Source: an uncultured Chloroflexia bacterium
GTDB lineage: Bacteria; Chloroflexota; Anaerolineae; B4-G1; SLSP01
Direction: 5' to 3'
Assembly (NCBI GenBank): GCA_963751345.1
Contig: CAVVUS010000014.1
Span: 224,001 to 288,000, forward strand
Length of the DNA: 64,000 nucleotides
A program made the position numbers and the translations under genes. The notes under the pieces were generated by a model. It did not search any database. It worked only from the letters and a program-made list of their open reading frames with translations, and was not told the DNA's origin. Of this stretch, positions 1-9,375 are shown piece by piece (positions within the stretch are counted from its first letter, which is position 1; the number at the start of each line of letters is the position of its first letter).

Positions 1-2060
1 AGCGCCTCAGCAAGCTCCTGCGTGCGCTCCGAAACGCGCTCCTCCAATTCCTCATTGAAGTGCTTGACTTCCTCAAAGAGACGCGCATTGTCTACTGCCA
101 CCGATACCTGATCCGCCAATGCCATCAGTGTCGCGACATCCGCTGCAGAAAACTCCCCCTTTTGCTTACGGTCGGCAGTGAGAATGCCCACGGACCGACC
201 CTCGGCCATCAGAGGCACCACGATGGAGGAGCCCATTGGGATAGGCGTGGAGGCAAACCGAGGATCATCCTCGGTATCCTCGGCCACAATCGGCATCCCC
301 GTGTGAATCACTTCACGAATAAAGCCCGCCTCACCAGTCATCGAGACGTCGGCAGGGTAGTACTCCAATGCATAACCCGAAGACGCCATCGGCGTAAAGG
401 CTTGCTCAGTGCGGTTCTGGAGGAATATGGTGGAGAAGTCGTAGCCCAGGAGATTCGTAACAGACTGCACAACGGTGTTCAGGACCAACGGCAGATCCAG
501 TTTGGTCGTAATTGAGCGGTTTAGCTCGTTGAAGAGCTGCAACGTTGTGACCTGCTTGCGCAGGCTTTCCACCAGGCGCTGATTCTCGATGATCTGCGCG
601 ACCTGGGACGCAAAAACCTCGATGACTTCCGCCGTCATCGCTGTTGGCGCGAGCCCATCTCTGGGGCGATCCACCGACATGATGCCGATGATATCTTCGG
701 CGCTGCCACGCAGCGGCACAAAGAAGACGTCCTCGTTATGCCAGAGCGTGAGATCCTCGTCTACGTCAAGCCTGTCTGGGACAAAGACATCGAGACCCTC
801 GGTGAGAGCGCGGAACTGCTCCGGTATATAATAACACTGGCCAAGTCTGAAGCGGTCCTGGAACAGGCGTCGGACCCGATCCCAGCGAAGTCGAACTCTC
901 TTACGCTTCTCCAGCTCCGTCAAGGGGATACCGGCCCCGGCCACGCGACGAAGAGAGTTGCCCTCCAGCACGCTGATCAGCACGAGGTCGAAACCCGTGC
1001 CTTCCTGCACTGCATAGGCCACGTCCAGCAGGACGTCCTCCAACGGGCGCTCCGAGCGCATCGTGCGGCTGACTTCCAGCAGAAGCGACATCTGCTCAGC
1101 CCGCTGACGCATCTGCTCACCACGTCGGAGCTGCTCCTCAAAGCGACGCGCATTGCCCACGGCGATCGCTGCCTGGCCCGACAACGCCTCGACAAGGGTA
1201 ACGGCATCAGACGTGAAAGCATCCGATCGGGTTGACTGAACCAGGATTGAGCCCACCTGGTGCTGTTCGTAGAACACTGGCGTCACCAACATGCTACGAA
1301 TTGGACCCAGTACTTCGTCAATCGGCCCACCCGCGAAGTCCGGGAAATAGAGGGTCTCCCCCGCACTGAACCACCCCCTGAGTTCGCTCCTTTTCTCCCC
1401 TTCCAAGAGCGCAGTAGCAATCTTGGCGAGATCCTCGTCATTGTAACCGCTGGCGGCGTAGATCTGGGCACTGCCATCCGTAAAAAGCGCGATGAAGCCG
1501 GCCTCAGCCCGCAAGGCTCCCAGCGCATCGTCCAGAACCACGCGCAAGATGTGATCGAGATCGATCGTCGATGTGATCTCGGTCGTGACGTGCCTCAGTG
1601 CCTCTATCTGACGGAGGTGCGCGGACTCGCTCTGCTGCCGGCCCGTGATCCCCACCACTGCAAGCCGGGCCATCTCACCGATCCAGGTTGCAGCCGCCAG
1701 GTCACTATCGCTATACGGACCGTCATCGCGGCCTAGCACGAGCCAACCGCGCCAACTGTCGACTGTCACGGGAACAAACAGGCTGCCGGTAGGGGACCCA
1801 TCTGCGGCATCGGGACCAATGGATAGAGGGGCCTCGGGCGAGCCGGCCCGTGCGAGTATCTGCTGCCAGGTGCCGGAATCCGACACCCGCGATCCTGATC
1901 CGACCTCGACTTTGGGCCGAGGTGCGGACCAGATCCAGGCACCGGCGTCGGCAGCGAGCTCGCGCATCGCGGCCTCCAACGCAATGGACCACGCCTGATC
2001 CACGCGAGAGGCTGCGGCGAACTGCTCTCCGACCGCCTTGAGCCCTAAGGTGTGCGGCAA
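1..2060 (-). CDS. Multi-GAF sensor protein, probably a histidine kinase (runs off the left window edge)
   Basis: Not in the ORF track because it has no stop in the window. Manual translation gives GAF linkers in one frame: RQIEALRHVTTEITSTIDLDHIL, FASQVAQIIENQRL, QVSVAVDNARLFEEVKHFNEELEERVSERTQELAEAL. TTG start at 2060 follows GGAGG. Confidence 0.8.
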   Translation of the reverse strand, partial: MPHTLGLKAVGEQFAAASRVDQAWSIALEAAMRELAADAGAWIWSAPRPKVEVGSGSRVSDSGTWQQILARAGSPEAPLSIGPDAADGSPTGSLFVPVTVDSWRGWLVLGRDDGPYSDSDLAAATWIGEMARLAVVGITGRQQSESAHLRQIEALRHVTTEITSTIDLDHILRVVLDDALGALRAEAGFIALFTDGSAQIYAASGYNDEDLAKIATALLEGEKRSELRGWFSAGETLYFPDFAGGPIDEVLGPIRSMLVTPVFYEQHQVGSILVQSTRSDAFTSDAVTLVEALSGQAAIAVGNARRFEEQLRRGEQMRQRAEQMSLLLEVSRTMRSERPLEDVLLDVAYAVQEGTGFDLVLISVLEGNSLRRVAGAGIPLTELEKRKRVRLRWDRVRRLFQDRFRLGQCYYIPEQFRALTEGLDVFVPDRLDVDEDLTLWHNEDVFFVPLRGSAEDIIGIMSVDRPRDGLAPTAMTAEVIEVFASQVAQIIENQRLVESLRKQVTTLQLFNELNRSITTKLDLPLVLNTVVQSVTNLLGYDFSTIFLQNRTEQAFTPMASSGYALEYYPADVSMTGEAGFIREVIHTGMPIVAEDTEDDPRFASTPIPMGSSIVVPLMAEGRSVGILTADRKQKGEFSAADVATLMALADQVSVAVDNARLFEEVKHFNEELEERVSERTQELAEA

Positions 2061-2086
2061 TTTCCCTCCAACCGTGCTAGCCCTGG

Positions 2087-2977
2087 CTAGCTGGTGCCCC
2101 GGCGGCGCGCCTCGGCGGCGGCCTCGGTGATCTCACGGATATCCGTGAACGGTCCATCCTCGGTCGTTAATATACCGACGGCCAAGCTCATCAACGGGGT
2201 ATGAAGCTCGTTACCTTCGTCGTCCTTGGTGACGAGATAGCCTTGCATCCGGGTCATGAAGTCGTAGTGCGTGCCGACATCTTTGCTGAACCGCCGGACG
2301 ATCCCGTCCCTGAGCGCCTCGGCCCTTGACGCTCGTGAGATAACCACGAAATCGTCGCCGCCAATGTGCCCCACAAAGTCGTCTGGGGTACCAAACGTGT
2401 CGACGGCCTCATTCAACACGATCCCCGTGAAGCGCAACACGTCCCCGCCGGCTACAAAGCCATAGGCCTGGTTAAAGGCATCCAATCCCTTGATCCCGAT
2501 ATAGAGAATGGACCAGTCATCGGCGCCCATGAGCTCGCGAAGCTGCTCCTCTATCAGACGTCCACTTGCCAGCCCCGTGCTGGGGCTGGTCAGACTGGCG
2601 ATCTCCGCGCTCTTGATCGTGTTGCGCACGCGCAGACGGAGTTCCTCGACATCGAACGGCTTCGTGATGTAGTCGTCCGCACCGAGCTCGAGACCACGGA
2701 TCTTGTCGCTGCGCTCATCTTTCTGCGTCAAGAAGATAATCGGAATGTGGCTGGTTCTCAGGTTCGTTCGGAGGCGACGACAGACCTCATACCCATCGAT
2801 ATCGGGCAGCATAATATCGAGCACGATCACGTTGGGCATTTTCTGCCGCGTCATGTTAAGGGCATCATTCCCAACCGGCGCAACGAAGACCTCATAACCC
2901 TGCGATTTGAAGTAGAGCTGCAGCATGTTGGAGATGTCTGCATCATCTTCCACGACGAGGATGCGACCTTCACTCAT
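2087..2977 (-). CDS. Response regulator with REC and GGDEF-like domains
   Basis: ILVVEDD...VLDIMLP...KPF receiver; C-terminal GHIGGDDF motif. Confidence 0.9.
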   Translation of the reverse strand: MSEGRILVVEDDADISNMLQLYFKSQGYEVFVAPVGNDALNMTRQKMPNVIVLDIMLPDIDGYEVCRRLRTNLRTSHIPIIFLTQKDERSDKIRGLELGADDYITKPFDVEELRLRVRNTIKSAEIASLTSPSTGLASGRLIEEQLRELMGADDWSILYIGIKGLDAFNQAYGFVAGGDVLRFTGIVLNEAVDTFGTPDDFVGHIGGDDFVVISRASRAEALRDGIVRRFSKDVGTHYDFMTRMQGYLVTKDDEGNELHTPLMSLAVGILTTEDGPFTDIREITEAAAEARRRGTS

Positions 2978-3051
2978 CCGATACCTCCTAGTTGGGAAAT
3001 CGAATCCATCACCACCTGCCCCCTGGAACAGGGAGGAGCGAAATCCATAAC

Positions 3052-4305
3052 CTAATCCCGCGGATAGAGCCTGGGATGCAACTGCTCCCCATTCTCCAGC
3101 TTGAGATGATCACTATCCTCCCAAAGCACGTTCCTGCGGATCACATACCGCTCAGGAGATGCAAGAAGGACGACGTCGGAATCGATCATGCGAGCGGGGT
3201 ACACAAGTATGCCGGACCCGATCCGAACGTGATGACCAACAGCGCCGCCGAGCGCCGTCATCCCCGTTTCCTCCAGCTTGCCGTGAAAGTGCGATCTGAT
3301 CGACTTATCCACAAGGTTGAAGTCCGTGAACGTGTTCCCTGCACCGATGAACGATCCTCGTCCAACGACACACATCTGGAGACACGTATTCTGCGCCACC
3401 ATACAATCTTCCATCAGGATCGTGCGATAGAGCGAGGCCCTGAAGGGAAGGAATGACCGATCTCCGACGACACTGAGCATCAGTTGGCAACCCTGATCGA
3501 TCGTCACGTTATTGCCGATGTAGCAGTTGCCGATCACGGCGCCCGCACCGATTGAGACGTTGTCGCCAATGACAGTCGGGCCCTGGATCGTGGCGGTAGG
3601 ATCGATGCTGCAGTTTCTGCCGACCTTCACCAACAGAGACGAAGTGAGAACCTGTTTGCGCTCCAGCATGCCGCGCCAGAGAAGCTTGAGGTTCAGCCCA
3701 ACGTCACATTCGGCCTGCTGCTCAAAGCGTGCGCCGATGGCAAAGATGCCAAAGTCGATATTAGCGTGCAGGACCTGCAGCCAATGCTCGACCGAGAGGA
3801 AGGGCTTGGTTGGTAGGTCATAGACAAGATCCCCGTACTGGTCAGACATGTGCGTCGGCACGTGATAAAAGCCAACCTCGCGTGTCTCGGTGTCCATTAC
3901 CAGAGGCCGGACGACGGGCTCGACGCCATAGGGGTAGTACCATAGGTCCGCGACATAGTGCGCACCTTCTTGGCGAATGCCCCGTTGTAGATACAGCGCG
4001 TGCCCTACGATGGCAGGATCGTCCAACGCAAAAGCGACCTGACACGCCTTGCCGGAAGCTCGAGCCCGAAGGATAAACTCGTCGATGAAAACCTCATCGA
4101 AGTAGAGGTTATCGCGATAGACGAGGGTCTCCTGCCGGTCAGTTGGGAGATCGGATAGCGCCTCGACTTCCCGTTCCTCGGTAGTGTACCGCGCCAACAC
4201 GTCGCGCTGAAAAAGCCAGAGGGGCTTCGTCAACACGCTCAACTCGCGTGCCGGCTCGTTGAATGGAGGAATCTTCCGTCGATCTCGTAATATGACCTTA
4301 TGCAC
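3052..4305 (-). CDS. GlmU-like left-handed beta-helix (hexapeptide repeat) protein
   Basis: Hexapeptide repeats VGRNCSIDPTATIQGPTVIGDNVSIGAGAVIGNCYIGNNVTID; N-terminal PARELSVLTKPL resembles a degenerate NDP-sugar transferase. Confidence 0.7.
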   Translation of the reverse strand: MHKVILRDRRKIPPFNEPARELSVLTKPLWLFQRDVLARYTTEEREVEALSDLPTDRQETLVYRDNLYFDEVFIDEFILRARASGKACQVAFALDDPAIVGHALYLQRGIRQEGAHYVADLWYYPYGVEPVVRPLVMDTETREVGFYHVPTHMSDQYGDLVYDLPTKPFLSVEHWLQVLHANIDFGIFAIGARFEQQAECDVGLNLKLLWRGMLERKQVLTSSLLVKVGRNCSIDPTATIQGPTVIGDNVSIGAGAVIGNCYIGNNVTIDQGCQLMLSVVGDRSFLPFRASLYRTILMEDCMVAQNTCLQMCVVGRGSFIGAGNTFTDFNLVDKSIRSHFHGKLEETGMTALGGAVGHHVRIGSGILVYPARMIDSDVVLLASPERYVIRRNVLWEDSDHLKLENGEQLHPRLYPRD

Positions 4306-4326
4306 CTGAGATCCTTCCGCCCGCGA

Positions 4327-4962
4327 CTAACGCAGCGGCTCCCTCTCGACCAAGAAGGTACAGACGGGATCGCCACAGGCAATACACGTCGTCTCTTCCA
4401 CCAGAAACCTCTGGCCGCGACTCACCCAGAAGAGCGTCTCCTCCAGGAGGCCAACGGGAAAGGCACACACCGGCTCATCAGTCCTGCGACGGGCACAGAA
4501 CCCGCACGTCTCAAGAACGAAAAAAAAACCGCTGCTTCCCCTCCCGAGCGTCACGCTTTGATCCGAGTAACGGTTGAAGATCTCGGCCAGGACCTCCAGT
4601 CCTATCCGAGCTCGCAGGCTGACGGGCAGGACACGTAGGGCGACATCGGCGAAGCCAAGAATACCGCCGAATCCCTCAACCCAGTACTTGAAGCTCTCGC
4701 GGCCTGCTTGCCGCGCCAGCCGATGGCCACCTTGAACCCCATAGATACTCTCGATCGCCTCAAACAGACGACCGACCTCAACGAAAGACAGTCCCGGCTC
4801 AAAATCCGCAGGGGGCGTCCCATCGATAAGGTGGGCAAGCCTCGCCGTCGTCAGGACGGCACTGCTCCCGTTCTCACCCAGAACTTCCTTGACTGCCAGT
4901 AACAGGATGCGCGAGATCTTGTTAGGAAACCCTGCACGGTGTTGGACCGAATCCGCGCTCAC
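4327..4962 (-). CDS. V4R (4-vinyl reductase) domain protein
   Basis: CGFC...PVC...GLLEE...VEETTCIACGDPVCTF pattern. Confidence 0.85.
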   Translation of the reverse strand: MSADSVQHRAGFPNKISRILLLAVKEVLGENGSSAVLTTARLAHLIDGTPPADFEPGLSFVEVGRLFEAIESIYGVQGGHRLARQAGRESFKYWVEGFGGILGFADVALRVLPVSLRARIGLEVLAEIFNRYSDQSVTLGRGSSGFFFVLETCGFCARRRTDEPVCAFPVGLLEETLFWVSRGQRFLVEETTCIACGDPVCTFLVEREPLR

Positions 4963-5759
4963 GTGTCGGCCAAAAACCCGAGAATCACTTCGTGGAAATG
5001 CTGTGTCTCGTCCAGCATAGGGAAATGACCGGACTCCTCAAAGTAATGCACGACAGCCGGAGTCCCGTGGTCACCGATCCCATTCCGGAGAACGTCGCCC
5101 TGTTTAGGATCGACGATATTGTCTTTGCGTCCGTAGATCCCCATCGTTGGGACCCGGCATTCGTGTAGGCGCGGGCGAAGGTCCGTCTGGCGCAGATCCT
5201 CGATACTCCGCGAGAACGATTCAACGGTTGTGCGAGAGAGATCCCTGGACAGCATTCCCCAGAGCGTGCGCCAGTCCTGGGCATAGGTCGTCGAAAGCAT
5301 CTTGATCATCGCGGGAAGCAGGCCCGGAATCGCATAGAGTAGCTGGGCGACGCGGCGGCGTCCGGAGAACTTCAACAGCATACTCAGGCCGGACCCGACA
5401 ATCGGCGATCCCACGACGGCGACTTTGGAGACCCGCTCCGGATGCTGGAGTGTGAGCGATAGGGAAACCGTTCCGCCCATCGAATGTCCCATCACACGGG
5501 CGCTGGACAGCCCCATCCGCTCCATGAACTGATTCACCATATCAACATATTCGTCGACGGAGAAGGCACCCTGCTTTGCGGACTCGCCAAAACCCCAGAA
5601 GTCGAGAGCGTACGTCTTATACTGGTGTTCGGCCAGATACTCCATCGTCGACAGCCAATAATTCCACGAGCCGAGCCAGCAATGCAACAACACCACCGGC
5701 CTGCCGCGGCCAAAGGTCTCATAGTGAACGATGCCCCTGTCCGTCACAATCGAGCTCAT
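4959..5759 (-). CDS. Alpha/beta hydrolase
   Basis: GHSMGG nucleophile elbow, DFWGFGES, GRKDNIV Asp, SGHFPM His. Confidence 0.9.
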   Translation of the reverse strand: MSSIVTDRGIVHYETFGRGRPVVLLHCWLGSWNYWLSTMEYLAEHQYKTYALDFWGFGESAKQGAFSVDEYVDMVNQFMERMGLSSARVMGHSMGGTVSLSLTLQHPERVSKVAVVGSPIVGSGLSMLLKFSGRRRVAQLLYAIPGLLPAMIKMLSTTYAQDWRTLWGMLSRDLSRTTVESFSRSIEDLRQTDLRPRLHECRVPTMGIYGRKDNIVDPKQGDVLRNGIGDHGTPAVVHYFEESGHFPMLDETQHFHEVILGFLADT

Positions 5760-5804
5760 CGCAAGAAGATCACACCCTTACGCGTTCAAACGTATTGACG
5801 TCCA

Positions 5805-6338
5805 TTACTCCGCGTCGACGAGTTCCAGGATAGCGTACAACAGCTCCAATAGGACCTGCTTCACCGTATCCTTACTGTTGGCAATGCACGGGATGACTTT
5901 GATTCCTGGCTCCACCCGCAATACGATGCGCAGATCCTCCGGGGACCAGGCATCTATCAAATCCTGCTTGTTTGCCGCGACAATATAGGGCACGGGAGAG
6001 TAACTGCGGAAGGTATCGAGAATCCTTCGGGCCTCACGGAATGTCTCGGGACGCGTGCTATCCACCATGACGACGAAGCCCAGCATCCCCTCCGAGAGAA
6101 TCTCCCACATGAAATCGAAGCGCCGCTGTCCCGGCGTGCCGAAGAGATAGAGGATGAGCTCCTCATCCACGGTGATTCGACCGAAGTCCATCGCGACGGT
6201 CGTCTGATCCTTGATCCGCTCCGACACCTGAGTGATCTTGCGTTCGGTGGCGACGACGTCAATCTCACTGATGGCCTGGATGAACTCGGTCTTGCCAGAT
6301 GAGAACGGCCCCGTTACAACGATCTTCACCGTCTGCAT
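5805..6338 (-). CDS. Small GTPase of MglA/conservon CvnD type
   Basis: GPFSSGKT P-loop, TTVAMDFG, LFGTPGQRRFDFMW, NKQD. Confidence 0.9.
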   Translation of the reverse strand: MQTVKIVVTGPFSSGKTEFIQAISEIDVVATERKITQVSERIKDQTTVAMDFGRITVDEELILYLFGTPGQRRFDFMWEILSEGMLGFVVMVDSTRPETFREARRILDTFRSYSPVPYIVAANKQDLIDAWSPEDLRIVLRVEPGIKVIPCIANSKDTVKQVLLELLYAILELVDAE

Positions 6339-6341
6339 GGA

Positions 6342-7196
6342 CTACAGCTCCCGAATACGCCGGATCAGCCTCTGGATGATGCCTCGCTTGACCGCTGGTC
6401 GGCGCATTTGAGGAGCCGCAGCAGCTTTCTCGACGCTCTCTCCGTCCGCAGGACGAGGACTGGGGGGAGCGGCAGCCGGTCGCGCCGGCCGGACCATCTC
6501 CACAAGCCCCGCCTGCAGCAGACCGTAGACGATCTTGCGGATCTGAAGCTCGTCCATATTGTTGTAGTGGGCGACCTGCTGAATAGTGTTGCGCGGGTTG
6601 ATAAAGGAGATCACCCGCCATTCCTCGACGCTCAGGTTGATGTCACGCAGGGGCGTCGATGGTCGCTCGGCAAACTTCAGCGCGATATCCAGGTCAGGAA
6701 GCTCATCACGGAGCAGTTCCCATTCCTTGAGCCGCCGGTTACCCTCCATAATCAGGTTTTCCAGGGCGATGGAGGTTGTGATCTTGCCCTGCACCGGCAG
6801 TTCGGAGGCCTCAAACCTGAAGGTGCCGCGGTTCCAGGAGATTACCTGATAGACGAGGGTGACAATGTATTCGCGCACGTGGCGCATGACAACCTGCTGC
6901 TTGAGACGACCGCTGGTAATCAGGACCCTGGCAATGTCCTGATCGGATTTCCCGGGCATGTTCTCCCGGATCATCCGGACATGATCAGCGGTAAAGACGC
7001 CGGCCCGCTGAAGAATTACGGGGAGATCGTCATCGATACCGGCTTTCGCCGCATGGATCAGCTTGCCCTCACGGAAGCACAGATAGGCCTCGTCCTCGGG
7101 ACCATGGAGATAGAGAGTGCCACTCTTGCGCGCCAAGTTGATAAGATTCAGCAACTGGGTGATACCAAAGTCCTCGATCTTACCCCTGAGTGCCAT
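6342..7196 (-). CDS. DUF4388 (PatA N-terminal-like) domain protein
   Basis: MALRGKIEDFGITQLLNLINLARKSGTL...FREGKLIHA...WNRGTFRF...ENLIMEG; C-terminal wHTH-like segment. Confidence 0.85.
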   Translation of the reverse strand: MALRGKIEDFGITQLLNLINLARKSGTLYLHGPEDEAYLCFREGKLIHAAKAGIDDDLPVILQRAGVFTADHVRMIRENMPGKSDQDIARVLITSGRLKQQVVMRHVREYIVTLVYQVISWNRGTFRFEASELPVQGKITTSIALENLIMEGNRRLKEWELLRDELPDLDIALKFAERPSTPLRDINLSVEEWRVISFINPRNTIQQVAHYNNMDELQIRKIVYGLLQAGLVEMVRPARPAAAPPSPRPADGESVEKAAAAPQMRRPAVKRGIIQRLIRRIREL

Positions 7197-7342
7197 ATGC
7201 GACCGTCCTTAGTATGACCTGACGAGACAGGGAAGGAGCCGGTTCACCTACAATGATCGATCCGTCCCATAAGACTTTGTGATCATTATAATGGTCTTCT
7301 AACATTCAGCAACCGCTGCAGTAGGCTGCGTACCGCTCAGTC

Positions 7343-9190
7343 CTAAACCTCTGTCCCCCGGCTTCTATGCTCCTTCACCTTCGCGGCCTGATCCAGGATC
7401 TCTTGGGCGCCCCGCACAGCCGCCGCGCCGTTGGTTCCCAGCATTTGCGATAGTTCCACGATCCGCTCATCGGGGCCAAGTAGGGTGACGTGGGTAACGG
7501 TTCGGTTGCCCACGATCTCTTTGGCCACCTTGAAGTGGGCGTCGCCAAAGCCCGCCAACTGAGGAAGGTGGGTGATGCAGAGCACTTGGTGGCCGATGGC
7601 ATCGTCGCGATCCGTAGCGGTCAGGCGCCACAACTTCCTGCCCACAACCGTCCCGATGCGCCCGCCGATGCCCTGGTCGATCTCGTCAAAGATCAGGGTC
7701 GGCGTGCGATCGGCTCGGGCCAGGACTGTCTTGAGCGCCAACATCAGTCGCGACGTCTCACCGCCAGAGGCGGTGCGCACGAGGGGCTTGAGGCCCTCGC
7801 CCACGTTGGGTGCGACGAGAAATTCCACCCGGTCGATTCCGGTCGCATCAAACGCCGCCCTCCGCACGACGGCTTCCTCCAGGACTTCGGTACCATCGCT
7901 CGATACCGCAATGACGTGGGAAACGGGAGAGGACAGCAGGACACCATCCTCGGCTTCGTCCCAGCGGAAGGCGACGCCAAAGCGGGCGCCCGCCATTCGC
8001 AGATCGTCGAGTTCGACCTCGATGGCCGCCGCAAGTTGTGAGGAGGCCTCCCTGCGCCGCAGGGAAAGCTCCTCCGCCAACTCGCCACACGTTGTCAGGA
8101 GCGCACTCTCTTGCTGCTGTAGCTCCCCAATCCGTTCATCACTATGTTCGAGCGTTTCGAGCTCCGCCGCCGCGCTCTCGGCATAGGCCAGGATATCCTC
8201 GATATCGCCGCCGTATTTGCGCTCCAGATGTCGCAACAGACTGAGACGTTCCTCAACCCAGGTCTGCCGCTTCGGGTTGAACTCGATCTCGGCAGCGTAA
8301 TCCCGAAGGGTCCGGGCGATGTCCTCGATCTGATAGCCGATCTCATCCAGGGTCTGCATCTGAGGGCCAAGACTGGGGTCAACCCGCACAAGGGATGCCA
8401 TATCCTTTTGGCAGCGGCCCAGCAAGTCCAGGATCGCCCCCGCCCGGAGAGCACCCGATCGCTCACTACCTTCCTCCAGACGCTCCACGATGCCGGTAGC
8501 CAGGGTGACGAGCTGTTCTGCATTGGTTAGGCGCAGCAGCTCGGCCTCTAGGGTTTCCTTTTCACCGGACTTCAGTTGCGCGCTGCGAATATCCTCGACC
8601 TGAAAGCGCAGAAGATCGATCCGCTGCATCCGCTCGCGTTCGTTGCTGAGGAGCTGGTTGAGCTCGCGGCGAATCCCACGGATCTCGCGAACGGCGCCGG
8701 CCATGCGCTCGGCCAGCGGCTCAAGCCCCGCAAAGCGATCCAGGAGGCTCAAGTGCTCCCTGACCCTGAGCAGGCTGAGGTGCTCGCTCTGGCCGTGGAC
8801 ATCCACAAGCTTCTCGGCGATCTCTCGCAGCAGAGAGACGGACACCGCCCGACCATTGACACGGGCTATCGTGCGGCCGGAGCTGCGCAGTTCGCGCGCC
8901 AACCACAACGTGTCCGGGGCATCGCCTTCCAGTCCCTCGCGCTCCAGAATGGGGGCGAGGGCAGTCTGCATGTCCGGAGAGAGCAGGAACATTCCCTCGA
9001 CGCGTCCGCTCTCTGCGCCCTGGCGGAGGGCGCTGGTATCGGCACGTTCGCCAAGGATGAGGGTTACCGCATCAATCAGGATCGACTTGCCCGCTCCTGT
9101 CTCGCCGGTGAGGATATTGAAGCGCGGCTCCAATGTGAGATGGAGCTCATCGATGATCGCGAAGTCCTCGATGTGCAGTTCGCGTAACAC
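7343..9190 (-). CDS. recN: DNA repair protein RecN
   Basis: LTGETGAGKSILIDA Walker A, long coiled coil, ASGGETSR, LIFDEIDQGIGG, ITHLPQLA. Confidence 0.97.
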   Translation of the reverse strand: MLRELHIEDFAIIDELHLTLEPRFNILTGETGAGKSILIDAVTLILGERADTSALRQGAESGRVEGMFLLSPDMQTALAPILEREGLEGDAPDTLWLARELRSSGRTIARVNGRAVSVSLLREIAEKLVDVHGQSEHLSLLRVREHLSLLDRFAGLEPLAERMAGAVREIRGIRRELNQLLSNERERMQRIDLLRFQVEDIRSAQLKSGEKETLEAELLRLTNAEQLVTLATGIVERLEEGSERSGALRAGAILDLLGRCQKDMASLVRVDPSLGPQMQTLDEIGYQIEDIARTLRDYAAEIEFNPKRQTWVEERLSLLRHLERKYGGDIEDILAYAESAAAELETLEHSDERIGELQQQESALLTTCGELAEELSLRRREASSQLAAAIEVELDDLRMAGARFGVAFRWDEAEDGVLLSSPVSHVIAVSSDGTEVLEEAVVRRAAFDATGIDRVEFLVAPNVGEGLKPLVRTASGGETSRLMLALKTVLARADRTPTLIFDEIDQGIGGRIGTVVGRKLWRLTATDRDDAIGHQVLCITHLPQLAGFGDAHFKVAKEIVGNRTVTHVTLLGPDERIVELSQMLGTNGAAAVRGAQEILDQAAKVKEHRSRGTEV

Positions 9191-9375
9191 GGTGGACGTT
9201 AGCTCCTGGTGCCGTTGCCTGAATGTCTTTCAATGAAGAACATACCTTTTTCGAGAATAGCGCAATCGGTGAGGAAGGCAAGACGCACGGCTGGGGTTAA
9301 GCCAATAACAGCCCACAAGCGTATGCATGCGGTTAGAAACAGTGATCTGGTAGCTTTTGAGAGAGAGCCTGTGCT

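Noticed and set aside
9238-9249. LexA (GAAC-N4-GTTC) box upstream of recN
   Set aside because: GAACATACCTTT has only one good half-site; too weak to call without a genome-wide motif.
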